From: Prorocentrum cordatum
Taxonomy: Eukaryota
Assembly: GCA_963575745.1 (NCBI GenBank)
Contig: CAUYUJ010000076.1
Coordinates: 1 to 64,000 of the forward strand
DNA length: 64,000 nt
Direction of reading: 5' to 3'
The notes under the pieces are model-generated. The model saw only the letters and a list, made by a program, of their open reading frames with translations, had not been told where the DNA came from and ran no database searches. Below, piece after piece: positions 22,531 to 35,500 of this stretch (its first letter is position 1; the number at the start of each line of letters is the position of its first letter). A program made the position numbers and the translations under genes.

Positions 22531-24556
22531 GCAAGTGGAGGTGCTGAGGCGGGCAGTGAAAACTGGCTGAGTTAAGTGTGGGTGAAAAGGCGGTAGAACT
22601 GGCGGTGGAGGTATGAAGGCTTAAAGTGGTAGCGAGGAGATTGTTCCGCGGAGCCCACTTTGGGGTGCCGCTCGCAGCGGGGAAGGGCCCAAGGGCCTCT
22701 CCCACTGCCCATAAGAAAGCCCCACAGGCGTCCCAGAGGCTGACGGCGGGATCTCTCGCCTGCAAGCAGGCGTAGGATTCCGAGCACGTCGGCCTCTTGG
22801 CCTCCTTGGGGGGTTCCACCAAACGTGAGGGAGGTTCGGGCCCTCCATTGGTGGCGCAAGACAGCACCGGCCACACTCGCCAAGGTAGATTGAGAAGGGC
22901 CTCACCCCCTGCACATAGGAGTCCCCCCTAAGCAGCCACCATCCCCATGACCTCCTCCTCCTCCTCCTCCTGCTCCTGCTCCTCCTCTTCCTCCTCCTCC
23001 TCCTCCTCCTCATCCTCCTCCTCCTGCTCCTCCTCCTCCTCCTCCTCCACCTCCTCCTCCTCCTCCTTGAGTACGGTGGGGACCCATGCTTTCATCCTCC
23101 TCGATCGTCGATCCTCCTCCTCGAGCCTCCTCGATCCTCCTCGATCCTCCTCCTCCTCCTCCTCCTTCTCCTCCTCCTTCTCCTCCTGCCAAGAAACACC
23201 CTGCTTGCCTCCAGGGTGCCCTGGGTTTCTTTGGTTTCGATGTTTTTTTTTGCGATGGAGAGCGCGGCGTTCCCACACCAAAAATTAAGGGACTTTCCTA
23301 GGGTCTCGGGGTTGGGCTTCTTGCGGAAGGTTTCTTGGGGTCGAGCCCCTGCTGTCGGGGCCCGCCTCCGCTGATCCTGGCAGGAGGAGGGTGCGTCGTT
23401 CCCAAGTGCGGCTCGACATTCGCGGCGGATGGAACGGTGTGGCTGGGCGGCGGGTAAGGCGGTGGAGCGCTGTGGATAGAACAAGGTGGCGGCGGGGCTA
23501 GCGGTGGAGGAGGAGGCACAGCACGAGAGGCGGGGATCGAGTGAAAGGCTGAGGAGCTGGGCGGGCCCGAGCGGGGCCCCCAAACCCCCGAGGAGAGGGG
23601 GCTGAAGCCCCCTCGGCCTGGCTCCTGTGCCCAAGGGCCGAGGCGGTCCACCGACTGGGTCCCGCATCCCACTGGGCGATTCGGCACGTGTGCCGAAGTC
23701 GGCGCTCGGGTGCTCCCGCTGCGACTGTCGAGCGGCTGGGGGGTGCGAGCACCAAGGGTGAAGTGCCCCCCCCTTCCAGACATCCGCCGATGTGTTGCTT
23801 TCGGTCCGCGGCCCCAGGGGCTCCGACTCCTCCCCGGGGGCCAGCTCTTCCGCCTGGGGCGGTGGGCCCGGGGCCCGATGGCGGGCCCCGGAGGCCGAGA
23901 TCGCGGTGTAAAACGCCCGGATAGAAGAAATCGGGCAGCCTCCTCCTCCTCCTCCTCCTCCTCCTCCTCCTCCTCCTCCTCCTCCTCCCTCTCCTCCTTT
24001 TCCTCCTCCTCCTCCTCATTATCCCCCTCCTCTTCTTTGGGCCCCCCGCAGCCATGTCGGCCCGAGCACCTCCCGGCCCAGGCCCGGGCCCCGCATGTCA
24101 GGGCCCCTTTCAGCGAGAGGACTCTGCTGAACCAGGCCACTGGTGGCGCGGCCGAGACACTTGCCGCCGTGGGCCGAGGCATGGTCCATGCTTCGTTCTC
24201 TCTATTGGTGGGATTTTCAAAGTTCTGGTCGGTCATTCCCCGGGTTCGGCACCGGCCGAGAATATCTTTTGCACCATGTTTAGGTCGGGCATGTCCCTCT
24301 GCAGGAGGAACATTCAGAGGTAGTCAAGAAGCAGTCTGGGGACGATTTTTCGATCATTGTTTGTCTATTTTTGAACCTGTTTTGGCTGTTTTTCATTTTT
24401 CCTCCCAAGCCCGTAGGAGGACATGCCCGACCTAGCACCATGTGTGCGTCCGCCCCGCAAAATGGCGATGCGCGCGCCCCGAACTGTGATGTTACTGTGT
24501 AGAAGCTCTGTGGCGGGCTCTCTCTGGCCACACCGCTCGGGAGTCGATGTGCTGTA

Positions 24557-24739
24557 CAGTGGGGGCCCATGCCGCGAAACACCCTGCTTGCCTCCAGGGT
24601 GCCCTGGGTTTCTTGGGCTTCGATGGGTTTGTGCTTGGGAGAGCGTGACGTTCCCATACCAAAAATCCGTGGGCGTCCTGGGGTCTCAGGGCTGGGTTTC
24701 TCGTGGAAGGTTTCGTGTGGACTGGCCTCTCCACGGTGC
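24557..24739. mobile_element. MITE family D (Tc1/mariner-like TA-CAGTGG ends); copies at about 23073-23355, 31629-31800, 32608-32781 and a partial at 45080-45140
   Basis: Shared core CCTGCTTGCCTCCAGGGTGCCCTGGGTTTC...GGAAGGTTTCTTGTGG; ends taCAGTGG / CCACTGta-like. Confidence 0.8.
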
Positions 24740-25602
24740 AATATTTGTGTGCTACATGTTCGCGTCGGCCGTGGGCCTCCGACATCAGCACACAGTACTC
24801 GTGGGAGATCGACGATTGAAAACAAAATGCCCACTCCCCCACACCCGCGGGGTCGCCTTCCTATTGTGCGGGGCAGGCGAGGGCCGCGGGTCTGGCGAAG
24901 CTGTTCTTTCACCGCCTCCCCCCAAGAGCACGGTACAATTCCGCTTAGGAGGTCGGGAAGCGGCTGAGCCGGACTCCGCACAGCAGAAGGATGACATCCT
25001 TTCGCAGGAGACCGGGAAGCGTCTGCGCCTGACTCCGCCCGGAAGAAGGAGGACAGACATACAAAAGGCTACAGCCCGCGCGCCCTGACCCCGTGCGGGT
25101 CGGCCATCTTGGCCAGACACGGCGCGCGCCTCGCCTCGCCTCGCCGGGCCTCGCCCTTCGTGAGAGCTGCTGCGTCCCATGGCTCAGGGGGGCCCCGAGC
25201 CTGCGCTCCTCCCGTGGCGCTCGCGGGCCGCCCCGCGGCCCCCGCGCGCCCGGCGCCGCGGGGCCCTCGCGGAGGCAAGGCCCCTGCGGACGGGGCCTCT
25301 GCAAGCGGGGTGGCAGCTGCGGGTGCGGTGCCACCTGGTGCCCTCGAGAGAGCCGACTTGGCGGTCCCCCCCCCCCCCCCCCCCCCCCCGGGGAGGAGCT
25401 GTGATGATGCGCCGGCGAGCCTGTCGCTCCGACGCGCCGCGCGCTGGTGCGAGGCGCGTGCCCCGCCGCCCTTTGTGCTGCCACCCCGTTGACTGACGCC
25501 CCGTTTGCGAGGCCCCCGCGGAGGCCCGGCCTCCCCGCGGCGGTGGCGCTCGCGGGCGCGGCCTGCTGGGCGCCGGCGGCCGCGCCGCGCAGCGCGCCCG
25601 CC

Positions 25603-25631
25603 ATGGCGCCGCCGCCGCCCGCGGCCGCCAG
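25603..25631 (+). CDS. mutY: MutY putative exon 1 (MAPPPPAAAR); true start may lie further upstream in the same frame
   Basis: gccATGG context; ends AG|GC; phase matches exon 2; GCCAGG is repeated at both junctions. The frame is open back to about 25447. Confidence 0.5.
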
Positions 25632-28600
25632 GCGGGGCCGCCTGCGATCCGCCTCGGCATCGAGTCGATTCGACGCGCCGGCTGGCCCCGAGATTTTTGA
25701 TTCGATTGGCTCCGATTCGATTCGATTCCGAGTCGATTCCGATCCGATTTCACGATTCGACTGGATCCGATTTTTGATCCGATTCGAATGGATCCGAGTC
25801 GATTCCGATCCGATCCGATTTCACGATTTGATCCGGATCGGGCCTGCCAGGTACCCGTCGCTGTGGGCCTTCCTGTCGCACGCGGACGAGTCGTACCACA
25901 CGGACCTCAGGGGAGGAAGGGGTACCGATCCTGGTACCTTTCTGTCGCTTTCGCCTTTTGGGGCATCCTGGCAGGCCCTCGTCGCCACGGCTGAATTCGC
26001 CTCGACATCCCGGTCAGAACGCACCCTGGGAGAGGTCCGGGGAGTGGTGGTATCGATGTTCTAGATCACCGCCAGGGGCGCCGCGAAAATAATCGCGCTT
26101 CGCGCGTCGCGGCCAGAGCCGCCAAGCTGGCCTTCTCCAGGGCAGCGCGGGGTCGCGAAGACAACCTCGCGTCGCGCATCGCGCCCCGCTGTGCGCGCGG
26201 TTAGGTGACCTAGGTGTTTCTTCGGCAACTACCATTAAGTCGGGCATGTCCCTCCACAGGAACAATATCAAAAAATAGTCAGGGGACGATTTTTCGATTA
26301 TGTTTGGATTTTTATGGGGCATTGCTTGAGCATTTTTTGGTTATCGTCAAACATCCGGCTGTAGGAGGGCATGCCCGACCCAACGCTGGGGCTTGAGGGG
26401 CCATAACGTGATCGTTTTTTATTCATTGTCTTGCCGATCGGCGCGGGCCCTCGAGCCCCCCCCCTCCCCTTGGCTGTTTCTGGCGCCTGCTTCGAGCAGG
26501 CGGGAGTCTCCCCCATGATGCACGCACTGCTCCAAACAGCCGCACCAAGCAGGGGTCCAGAGCCAGACCCCCCCTGGCCCTCCCCTTCCCCCCCTTCCGC
26601 TCAACGTCGAAACGCCCAACATAAAAGAACGTTCACCGCGGCGCACGGCGGCACGCCCAGACCCCCCCGACGCCGTGCTCTTTGCGCACCACCTCGGCCC
26701 CCAGGGGTCTCGACCCTCGGTTTCTCCTCCCGAGTCGTTCGAGGATCCTCAGGACGTGTGTTGGCCCAGTGTGTGCTTCCATCACGGCGGGAGGGCTTTT
26801 TGCTATTTTTGGCCTCTGGACGCCCTTGCCGGGCCCGGGGACCGTGATACAACTTCTCAGGATGAGCAAGCCGTCCCAGGAAATGGGTCGAGACCTTTGG
26901 GGGTCGGCATTCTGATCAAATCTTGACCCCGTTCAACCCAACCAGTCGATCATCACATCGCCTTCGTCGCAGTGAAGGGCCTCAGTTGTCAAACGCACGA
27001 AGGCGCTGACACACGTTCTGAGATCATCGAGTCGTTTTGTTGACGGTCCCGGGGCCCAGGAAGAGCCCCCAGAGGCTGAAACCAGCGACCTCCCCCCCCG
27101 CCGTGATTTTCTGACAGCGCGAGGGGTGCTCTGCGCCCCATGGTTTAGCTCTTCGTAAGCTCTTCTGCGTCCCAGGGCTTGGGGGGGCGCTGACCATGCG
27201 CGACGTTGGAGTCCTCCTGAGTCCTTTCTGGACGCTCCCGGGGCGCGGGAAGGGCCCCCAGGGGCCGAAAATAGCGCCCCCCCCCCGCCGTGATTTTCTC
27301 ACAGCGCGAGGGGGTCTGGGCAGACGGTTCTCCGTCGAGGCCCTCGCCCGCTCCCCCCCCCCCAGGCGCGGGTTGCAAACTGCACCCTCTGCAGACTACA
27401 CCCTCTGGAGAGCCGCCGCGTTCTGCTCCCCCAGCGGGGAGTGAGTGAGGAGGAGGAGGAGGAGGAGGGGGAGGAGGAGGAGGAGGAGGAGGAGGAGGAG
27501 GAGGAGGAGGAGGAGGAGGAGGAGGAGGAGGAGGGAGGAGGAGGAGGAGCAGCAGCAGGACCTGCCGTTTGGCGACGTGCGGGCGGCGCTCCTCACGTGG
27601 TACCGGGTGAGCCGGCGGAGGCTGCCGTGGCGGGGCGACCTTCCTCCGTTGGGTGGGCACATGCGAGCCCTACCCCACCTCCCCAGGATCTCTGCGGGGG
27701 GGAGGTGGGGCTCACTCCGCTCGGGAGATCCCGAACGAAGTGAAGCCCACCTCCCCCCCTAGAGATCCTGGGGAGTTGGGGCGCAGGGCTCGCACGTGCC
27801 CTCCCGCCCGTACACCGGGTCGACCGCGGGCATGGCCAGGGCGGGCGCGGAGGCGAGGGCCCCCGCGCCGCCGCGGGGTGCTGACGCCGGTGGCCGCAGA
27901 AGACAAATCATGGAAGAACCGGCGGCGAAGTCCGAGGCCTGCCTTCGCGGATCCACGATTCGAGCAATGCGATGGGCGGCGGGGGCAACTAGGGCTTGGA
28001 GTTCGTCGAGCGTGTGGCGAGGTCCGAATCCTCTGCCCCCGCCGCCCATCGATTCAAGAGGAGCGATGGTTGGTGTGGGTAGGGTTCGGATGTCGCCACC
28101 TAACACATCTACACTGTCGGTGTTCCGCGCAGATTTCTTGGATCGGCGATGGGACACCTCTCCGTGGCGCGCGGAGCGCGCCAGGGGCGGCGCCAGAGGC
28201 GCCGCCAGGGGGGTCCAGCGCCAGTCGAAGGGATTCGCACGGAGCTCCGAAAGTGTATGTTTATGCCGCTTTTTCATCCTCTAGGTGCGCCGGCCAACCC
28301 CGTGTCTCCTTACGGCGTGTGGGTGTCGGAGGTCATGTGCCAGCAAACGCGCGTGGAGGCAGTCATCCCGTATTGGCTCGCGTGGATGGAGGCGTTCCCC
28401 ACGGTGCAGGCGCTCGCCGAGGCGACCGAGGAGCAGGTCAACGCCAGGTGGGCAGGGCTGGGTTTCTACCGCCGCGCGCGCATGCTCCACAACGGCAGCA
28501 AGCAGGTGCTTTTGGATGCGTCTCCTAGATTCCGCATCGGCGCTGGTATATCTGTGGTCGAAAACAGGGCTAATCCGGCATACTCCAGTTCAATTCCGCT

Positions 28601-29433
28601 TAATTCTGTTCGAACTGGCTTAATCCGGCTTGAGCCTGGGTTTAATCAGAGCTCATCACGGCTCAAAGGCCACAGTAGTCAGGCACGAGCGTTCAGAGGC
28701 CACTCCAGCTGGCGCCTACGGATACGTCTGTGGGCCTCCATGGTGCGACCTCTTGCGTTGTATGTGCTCGAGGTTGCACCTTTGTCATCTGGCGTGATTG
28801 CTCCTTGATCATGGGAACAAGCAGTGACACAAGCAAAAAAAACCGGGAGGTCCGCGCGGATTGCTCGGATCGGCCCTGGACACCCCCTCCCCAGCGCGCG
28901 GGGAGCGCGCCAGGGGCGGCGAGGGAGGCGCCGCTCGGGGGCCCCAGCGCCGATCCGAGAGATCCGCGCGGACCTCCGAGTTTTTATGTTTATGCCACTT
29001 TTTGTTCCCCTACTGTGTCACTGTTTGTTCTCCTGTGGTCGGTCTTAGGGGTCCCTCGTCGCTCCTGCGAAGACCTCCCAAGAGAGCTTTTTCTGCTTGT
29101 GTCACTGGTTTGTTCTCCTGTGGTCGGTCTTGGTGGTCCTTCGTCGCTCCTGCAAGAGGCCTCCCGAGAGAGCTGCCTCCCCTGAAGGTGCTGGGCGAGT
29201 TCCGCGGGGAGCTGCCCCGCACCCTCGAGGAGCTCCGGAGCCTGAGGGGCGTGGGCCCCTACACCGCCGGAGCGCGGGGGGAGCGGCAACCGGCCACGCA
29301 CAGAGGGGGGCGTGGGGGAGGGGGGGGCTTCTTGGGAGCTGTGGGCAAAGAACGCGCAGGCTGTGGAGCAAGAACACACAGTGTGTTCTTCCAACGCGCA
29401 GTGTTTTTTTCCACAGACTGTTTTTGCTTTTGC

Positions 29434-29503
<70 letters not shown>

Positions 29504-32500
29504 TCTTTTGTTTCCACTGTTTTTTGTGTGTTCTTTCCACAGTGTGGTGTTTTTGTTCCACAGACCTCGCTTCTTGGAAGGCGCCAGCCTTGTCTGTAGA
29601 TGTAAAGACAGCGCCTTCTAAGAAGCAGCCTTCTTCTAAGAAGCCTTCCCCCCTCCACTTACCCCCCACTGCGCGCCGCCAAAAACACGACGATCACGAC
29701 CAAAATGCCGCGGGATTTTGGTGACGCCGACCTTGGTCGAAGAAAGAGACAAGGCCATAAACATCAACTTTTGGCGCTCCGCGCAGATTTCTTGGGTCCG
29801 CGCTGGGCCCTGCCAGGCTGCGCCTCGGGCGCCGCCCTGGGCGCGCTCCGCGCGCCAGGGCTGGGGGTCCATCGCGGATTCAAGAAATCCGCGCGGAGCG
29901 CCAAAAGTTTATGTCCATGGCGTGTTTTCTTCTTCTAACCTTGGTCATGGCCCATGCTCGGAGGATGAAAAGGTACCCATACGGCTACCCTTCGCCCGTC
30001 CCGTTTCCCCTTTTTTCGCCCCCCCGGGAGGCCCGCGTCGCCGACGTTGGATTCGCCTCGAAATTCTGGACAGCACGCCCCCCGAGGAGAGGTCCAGGGA
30101 GTATAGCGTGATCGGTACCTTGTGATTTCCCCGCGCGCCGCCGTCGTCGATCCGTGAGGATGGTCGGCGAATTGGCGATGACCAAGGTGGACGATGGCCA
30201 AGCTCCGTCTTGGCTCGGCATCACCCGCGGATGCTTCTACTGTGTGTGTGTGTGTCGCCCCCCTACGGGCGACGCGGGCGCTCAGAGAAGTCTTACAGTA
30301 CCTATTCGGTGGCGGGCGCCTTCTGGCCATACCGCCGGGGCAGCGATACGCTCTAAGATGCTTGTGCTGTATGGTCGATTCGGTGCTCGCACTGTCAATG
30401 CTCTGCTCTCCTATAGGGCTTTGCAGCGTCGTCCGCCCCTTGCTTCTGCATGCCCGAGCCCCGTAGCTGCCTGCACGCCCTCCTGTGTTCAGCTGCCTTC
30501 TTGCTCCTATCGACATTGCGCAGGCCTGACGAAAGCTTGAGAGGTCCCTCCCACTGTGTGCTTGTGCTGTATGTTCGGTTCGGACGTGCGCTTCCAAGGG
30601 GGTCGCCTAGTACTACTACGGTCCCGCTTATGATTAAGAAACCTCCACCCGAAAAGCTGGCCCAGCGTTTCTTAACCAACTTGCCGGAAAACTGGACTTA
30701 AGCGGATAGGTAGCCTTGGATCCAAAATGATGAATAACGTACGTTCCTGGCTCCAAAAGCTGGCCCAGCGTTTCCTGAAGAAACTTCTTAAAAGCTGGCC
30801 CATCCTCCCCCCTCCCTCCCTCCTCCCCCATCCTCCCCCCTCCTCCTCCTCCTCCTCCTCCTCCTCCTCCTCCTCCTCCTCCTCCTCCTCGTAATCACAC
30901 TTTTGACTGTCTGTCCTTCTGCCCTCCCACTGGTCGTGGTCACCGCTTTCTTTCCCCTCCAGGAGCCGTCGCCTCCATCTGCTTCGGGGAGCCGGCGCCC
31001 ATCGTGGACGGCAACGTCCTGCGCGTGCTCGCCCGGCTGTGCGCCGTCGCTGCGCACCCGCAGCAGCCGGCCTTCTGCGCCGAGGGCGGCCGCGGGCGAA
31101 GAGTGCATCCGTATCCCCAGAAGGCCCTCGAGGCACGAGAACTCATGACTAGGGGGCCGCCTGCGAACCCTACCCCTACACCCCACGATTTCTGAGGGGG
31201 AGGGTGGGGTTCACTTCGTTCGGGAGCTCTCGAGCGAAGTGAACCCCACCCTCCCCCTCAGAAGTCGTGGGGGGTAGGGGTAGGGTTCACAGGCGGCCCG
31301 GCCCCCTAATGACGGGCGCTTCTCCGCCAGGTTTCGGCCTCGGGGGGCCCCCGAATTGCGGGGCCTCGGGGCTGTCCACTGGACGGCTCAGGAGGAAGAG
31401 CCGGTCCCTGGGAAGGGGTCGAGACCTCCAGGCGGCGACGCCAAGGAAGAAGGCATGGCGTTGGGGGGATCTGGGTCTGCGGCCTCGCGGGCCAGGGGCC
31501 CCCGGGATCCGCGACCCCGCGGACACGGGGAGTTTTTTTTTCCGCGGAGGCCCCGCGCAGAGCGTCTCCGTGCGACCGCGTATCCGCGGGACCGCGCCTC
31601 AGAATTCAGGCCGCGAGGGCGCGGATACGGTCGAGGCCCATGCCAAGAAACCCCTTGCTTGCCTCCAGTGTGCCCTGGGTTTCTTGGGTTTCGATGGTTT
31701 TGCCATGAAAAGCGTGACGTTCCCACACAATCCATGGACGTCCTGGGGTCTCAGGGTTGGGTTTCTTGTGGAAGGTTTCTTGTGGACTGGCCCTCACTGT
31801 ACGGATGTGATCGCCGCTCGCGAGGCAGGTTGGCGTGGCAGCTGGCCGAGAAGCTCGTCAAGGCCTGCGATCGCCGGCGAACCCTGCGGCCAGGAACTCT
31901 GGCTTGGCGTGTCGCGGAGCCAGTTTTTTCGGGTAGCACTTCGTGGAAGCCTTTGCGTATCACCGATTTTTTTTTTTTCGAGTACACTATGGTGCGCTAG
32001 CGTCTGGCAGTCGATGAGGGAGCGCCAGTTTGGCGTCATTGGCGCCGGTTCGCGTCGATTCGCGTCGGTTAGCGTCGATTCGCAAGAGCCAGCAAGATGG
32101 CACGGGAGGCTCCCGTGAGTTGTCACCGAAGATTCTGGCCCACCACGTTTTGGCGCGACACGCTATCCACGTCCCCATTGCCAGGCGTCAGCGTCCCGAG
32201 CCTTTCCCCGCCTCCCGCCCCGCGGAGCGGAGCGACACGCTATCCGCTCGCAGGGCACAGCGTGTCGCCGGGGCCGCCGCCGCGGCACGCTCAGCAAGAG
32301 TTCCCGACCGTACCCCTCCTCGGAGGCGTGCCCGTGGGGGAAGGCGCAAAGGGGCGGGCCTTCTCAGAAGGCGCGGATATTTCTTCCGGCCTTCTGAGCA
32401 TTTCTCTCGGAGCCTTCTCCGAAGCCAGATGGGGGCTTCCGAGAAGCTCCGCCGCCTTTGAGAAGGCCTGCCCCCTCTGCCTTCCACCCCTAGGCGCACC

Positions 32501-35500
32501 GCCGACCTCGGTGGTCCAGTCGACGCCGGGGCATCGGAGACCCCCGCTGCGTTCCCAGACCCTCTCGCGACGCGACAAAAAATCAAGACACGGGAGGCTT
32601 TCCGCTACAGTGGAGACCCATGCCAAAAAACACCATGCTTTCCTCCAGGGTGCCCTGGGTTTCCTGGGTTTCGGTGGTTTTGCCATGCAAGGCGCGACGT
32701 CCCCACCAAAAATCCAGGGACGTCCGGGGGTCTCAGGGTTGGGTTTCTTGTTGAAGGTTTCTTGTGGTCGGGCCCCCACTGCAGGTTCGGCCTCTGGGGG
32801 CCCTTACCGGCCGGGCCTCTGGACCGTCGAAGAAAGCGGCCAGGGAGGAAGAGCGGGTCCCAGGGCCAGCGGCACCGTAACGGGTACCCATCGGTCGTTG
32901 AAAGTAGGTATGTTTGGATTCCCAGATTTCAATCTATTTTGAGCGCCTTCCTAATTCAATGCTCGAGTGGCTTCACCTTTCCCGTCCTCCTCAGGGGGCG
33001 GACGGAACCCAATCTGCTTTCAACCCATCCCTACTTCATGTTTCGACCTGCTTCTTCCGACCGACAGGTGCTCCTTAACGGGTGCTTTCTGGAGATTCGC
33101 CGGAAGTTGCCACTTGAGGGCCTCTCTCTGGCACTGCAGCGTTTGCCCACATCGGGGAGGGTGGGGTTCGCCGGGTCACTGGCCAACGTGCCCGTTCGCG
33201 GAGTCCCCGTGAGAGGGGCGCGGGCAGGGAAGGGGTCCATACCTCGGGGGGGCCACGCCGTGCAGGAACAAAAACACCACGTCGAGGATCCGGGGCGCTC
33301 GCCCGGCTGCAGCCATCACCCTCACGCGCGGAGCCCCAGCCGGCCTCTCAGAAGCCCGACTCGCAGGGTGTGCAGTCAGCCCGCATAGCAAGGATGGGCA
33401 ACCTTCCCAAGGGCACCCTTGCATCCTCGTCCCCTCGGTCCATCCTTGGCTGGAGGGTTTCTCCGAAGGGCTTAGGCGACTCCTCCCCCTCCTCCTCCTC
33501 CTCCTCCTCTGCCTACTCCTCCTCCTCTTTCTCTTTCTCCTCCTCCTCCTCCTCCTCCTCCCCCTCCTCCTCCTCCTCCTCCTCCTCCTCCTCCTCCTCC
33601 TCCGCCTGCTCCTCCTCCTCCTAGGGGTCGCCTACGGCCACGGGCGAAACACCAGGCACCTCGCCCCCTCGGTCCACCCTTGGCCGCCTCCGTGGGCCGC
33701 GCCCCGCCCGCAGAGCCTCGGAGTGGGCGCCCAGGGCCCTTGCGCCCTCCCCTCGCGCAGCCCTCTGCTGCGGGCCGGCGGCAGGGCTTCTGCCCCAGAC
33801 CCCGACGTCGTGCCTTCTGACCGGCGTGCAGCCCCGAAGAGGTCTTTCCGGGGGGGGAAAGAAACAAACACACAGACACAACCGATCTCGTCGACTCCCA
33901 GGACCATATGTGAGAAGATATGGGAACGGGGGGAAAGACGAACGCCCAGAACACCTGGGAAAATATGGGGCATCCTGTTGTTTGTGTCTGTTTGTTTGTG
34001 TGTCCGAGGGCCCTTCCGTCTTGACCGCTTCCGTTCGGGGACTCCGCTTTCCACCCCGAGCCCCGGGGGCCGGCGGCTCCTCTTCCCGGGGGCCGCTTCC
34101 TGGGGACCGGCTTCCTTTCGTGTGCGGGCAATCTTTATACCCAGATCCAGTGCGTCTTGGACTTTCTTGGGGGGGGCACCGCAAGGCCGAGGCGCGTTGG
34201 ATATGGGCAACAATCTGGCCTCTACAAGGTTAAGTCGGGCCTGTTCCTCTACAGGAGGAACATTCAAAAATAGAAAAATAGTCTGTGGACGATCCTTTGA
34301 CAATTTCCGAATATTTTTTTGAATATTTCGTCCAAACTATGCCTGTATGGGGGACACGCCCGACCCAACTATAGGAGCCAGATTCTTATCCATGTCCAGT
34401 GCGTCTCGCGGTTCTGGGGAAGGGGGCCCGAAGCTCCCAGCTGCGGTGGATACGGACACAAGCCTTGCCCGCATCCTGGTCCTGGGGCCCGGTGAGGGCC
34501 CTCAGAGGCCGCGAACGGCCGAGCACGCTCCGTCATGCCTCTCTCGTGACCCACTGGGGCCGGGGGTTCGCGGGTGGCTGCCGACGAGGCGGACGGCGGC
34601 GCCCACGCGGGGGAGCTGAACCAGGCGATCATGGAGCTGGGCGCGACGCTGTGCGCGCCGAGCGGCACCGGGGCGGACCCGCGCGACCCCCTGGGGCCGT
34701 TCTACAAGTCCACCAAGCCAGGGGCGGCGAGAGGGGGGGGGGGATAGCAGGGGAAGCAAGAATGACATAAACATCAAAGCTCGGAGGTCCGCGCGGACGT
34801 CCGAGTTTTTCTGTTCATGCCATTCTTCGCTCTCCTAGATAGGCTCAGGGGGAGACCCGGAGGCCCTGGCGTCGCAATTTTCCAGGACGGGCGATTTTTG
34901 CTGGTTTCAGGCCCCAGGACCGTCACGGATGGGCGCGGCTCGAAAAATGCGGAAGAAATATCCATCTCCTTGCGGCAAGTCCCGACATTGTGCCAGCCCA
35001 GCATTGTGGGTGGTGACAATTCGAGGGGACACAGGAGGCCGTCACGTGTGGCACCTCGTGTCTCCAGGCTTGGGAGAGCCGTGATGAGTATGATGATGAT
35101 TCTCTCATGGCCTTCGGCCCATCCCGCTACCGTGCCTGGGTTGTGGGTCAGAGTTCTCAGGGGTGCTTCTTCGGGTCTTTTCGGAGCGTCCTCGGGGGCC
35201 TCTTGGGAGCCTTTTGGGGGCCTCCTGGGGGCCTCTTGGGGGCCTCTTGGGGCCTCCTGGGGGCCTCTTTGGTCTCTTGGGCGCCTCTTTGGGCCCTCTT
35301 GAGGCCTCCTGGGGGCCCCTCGGGGCCGAGGGCTCGAAATGTCCGTTCGGGTTCTGGGCCTCTTCTTGGGCCGTCTTGGGCGCCTCTTGGGCCGTCTTGG
35401 GGCACTCTTCGGGGCCTCTGGGGCCGCCTCGTGGGCCGTCTTGGAGCGTCGGGACGCCGTGGAGGCGGGGTCGCCCCAATCCTGCAGAAACCAAAACTGG

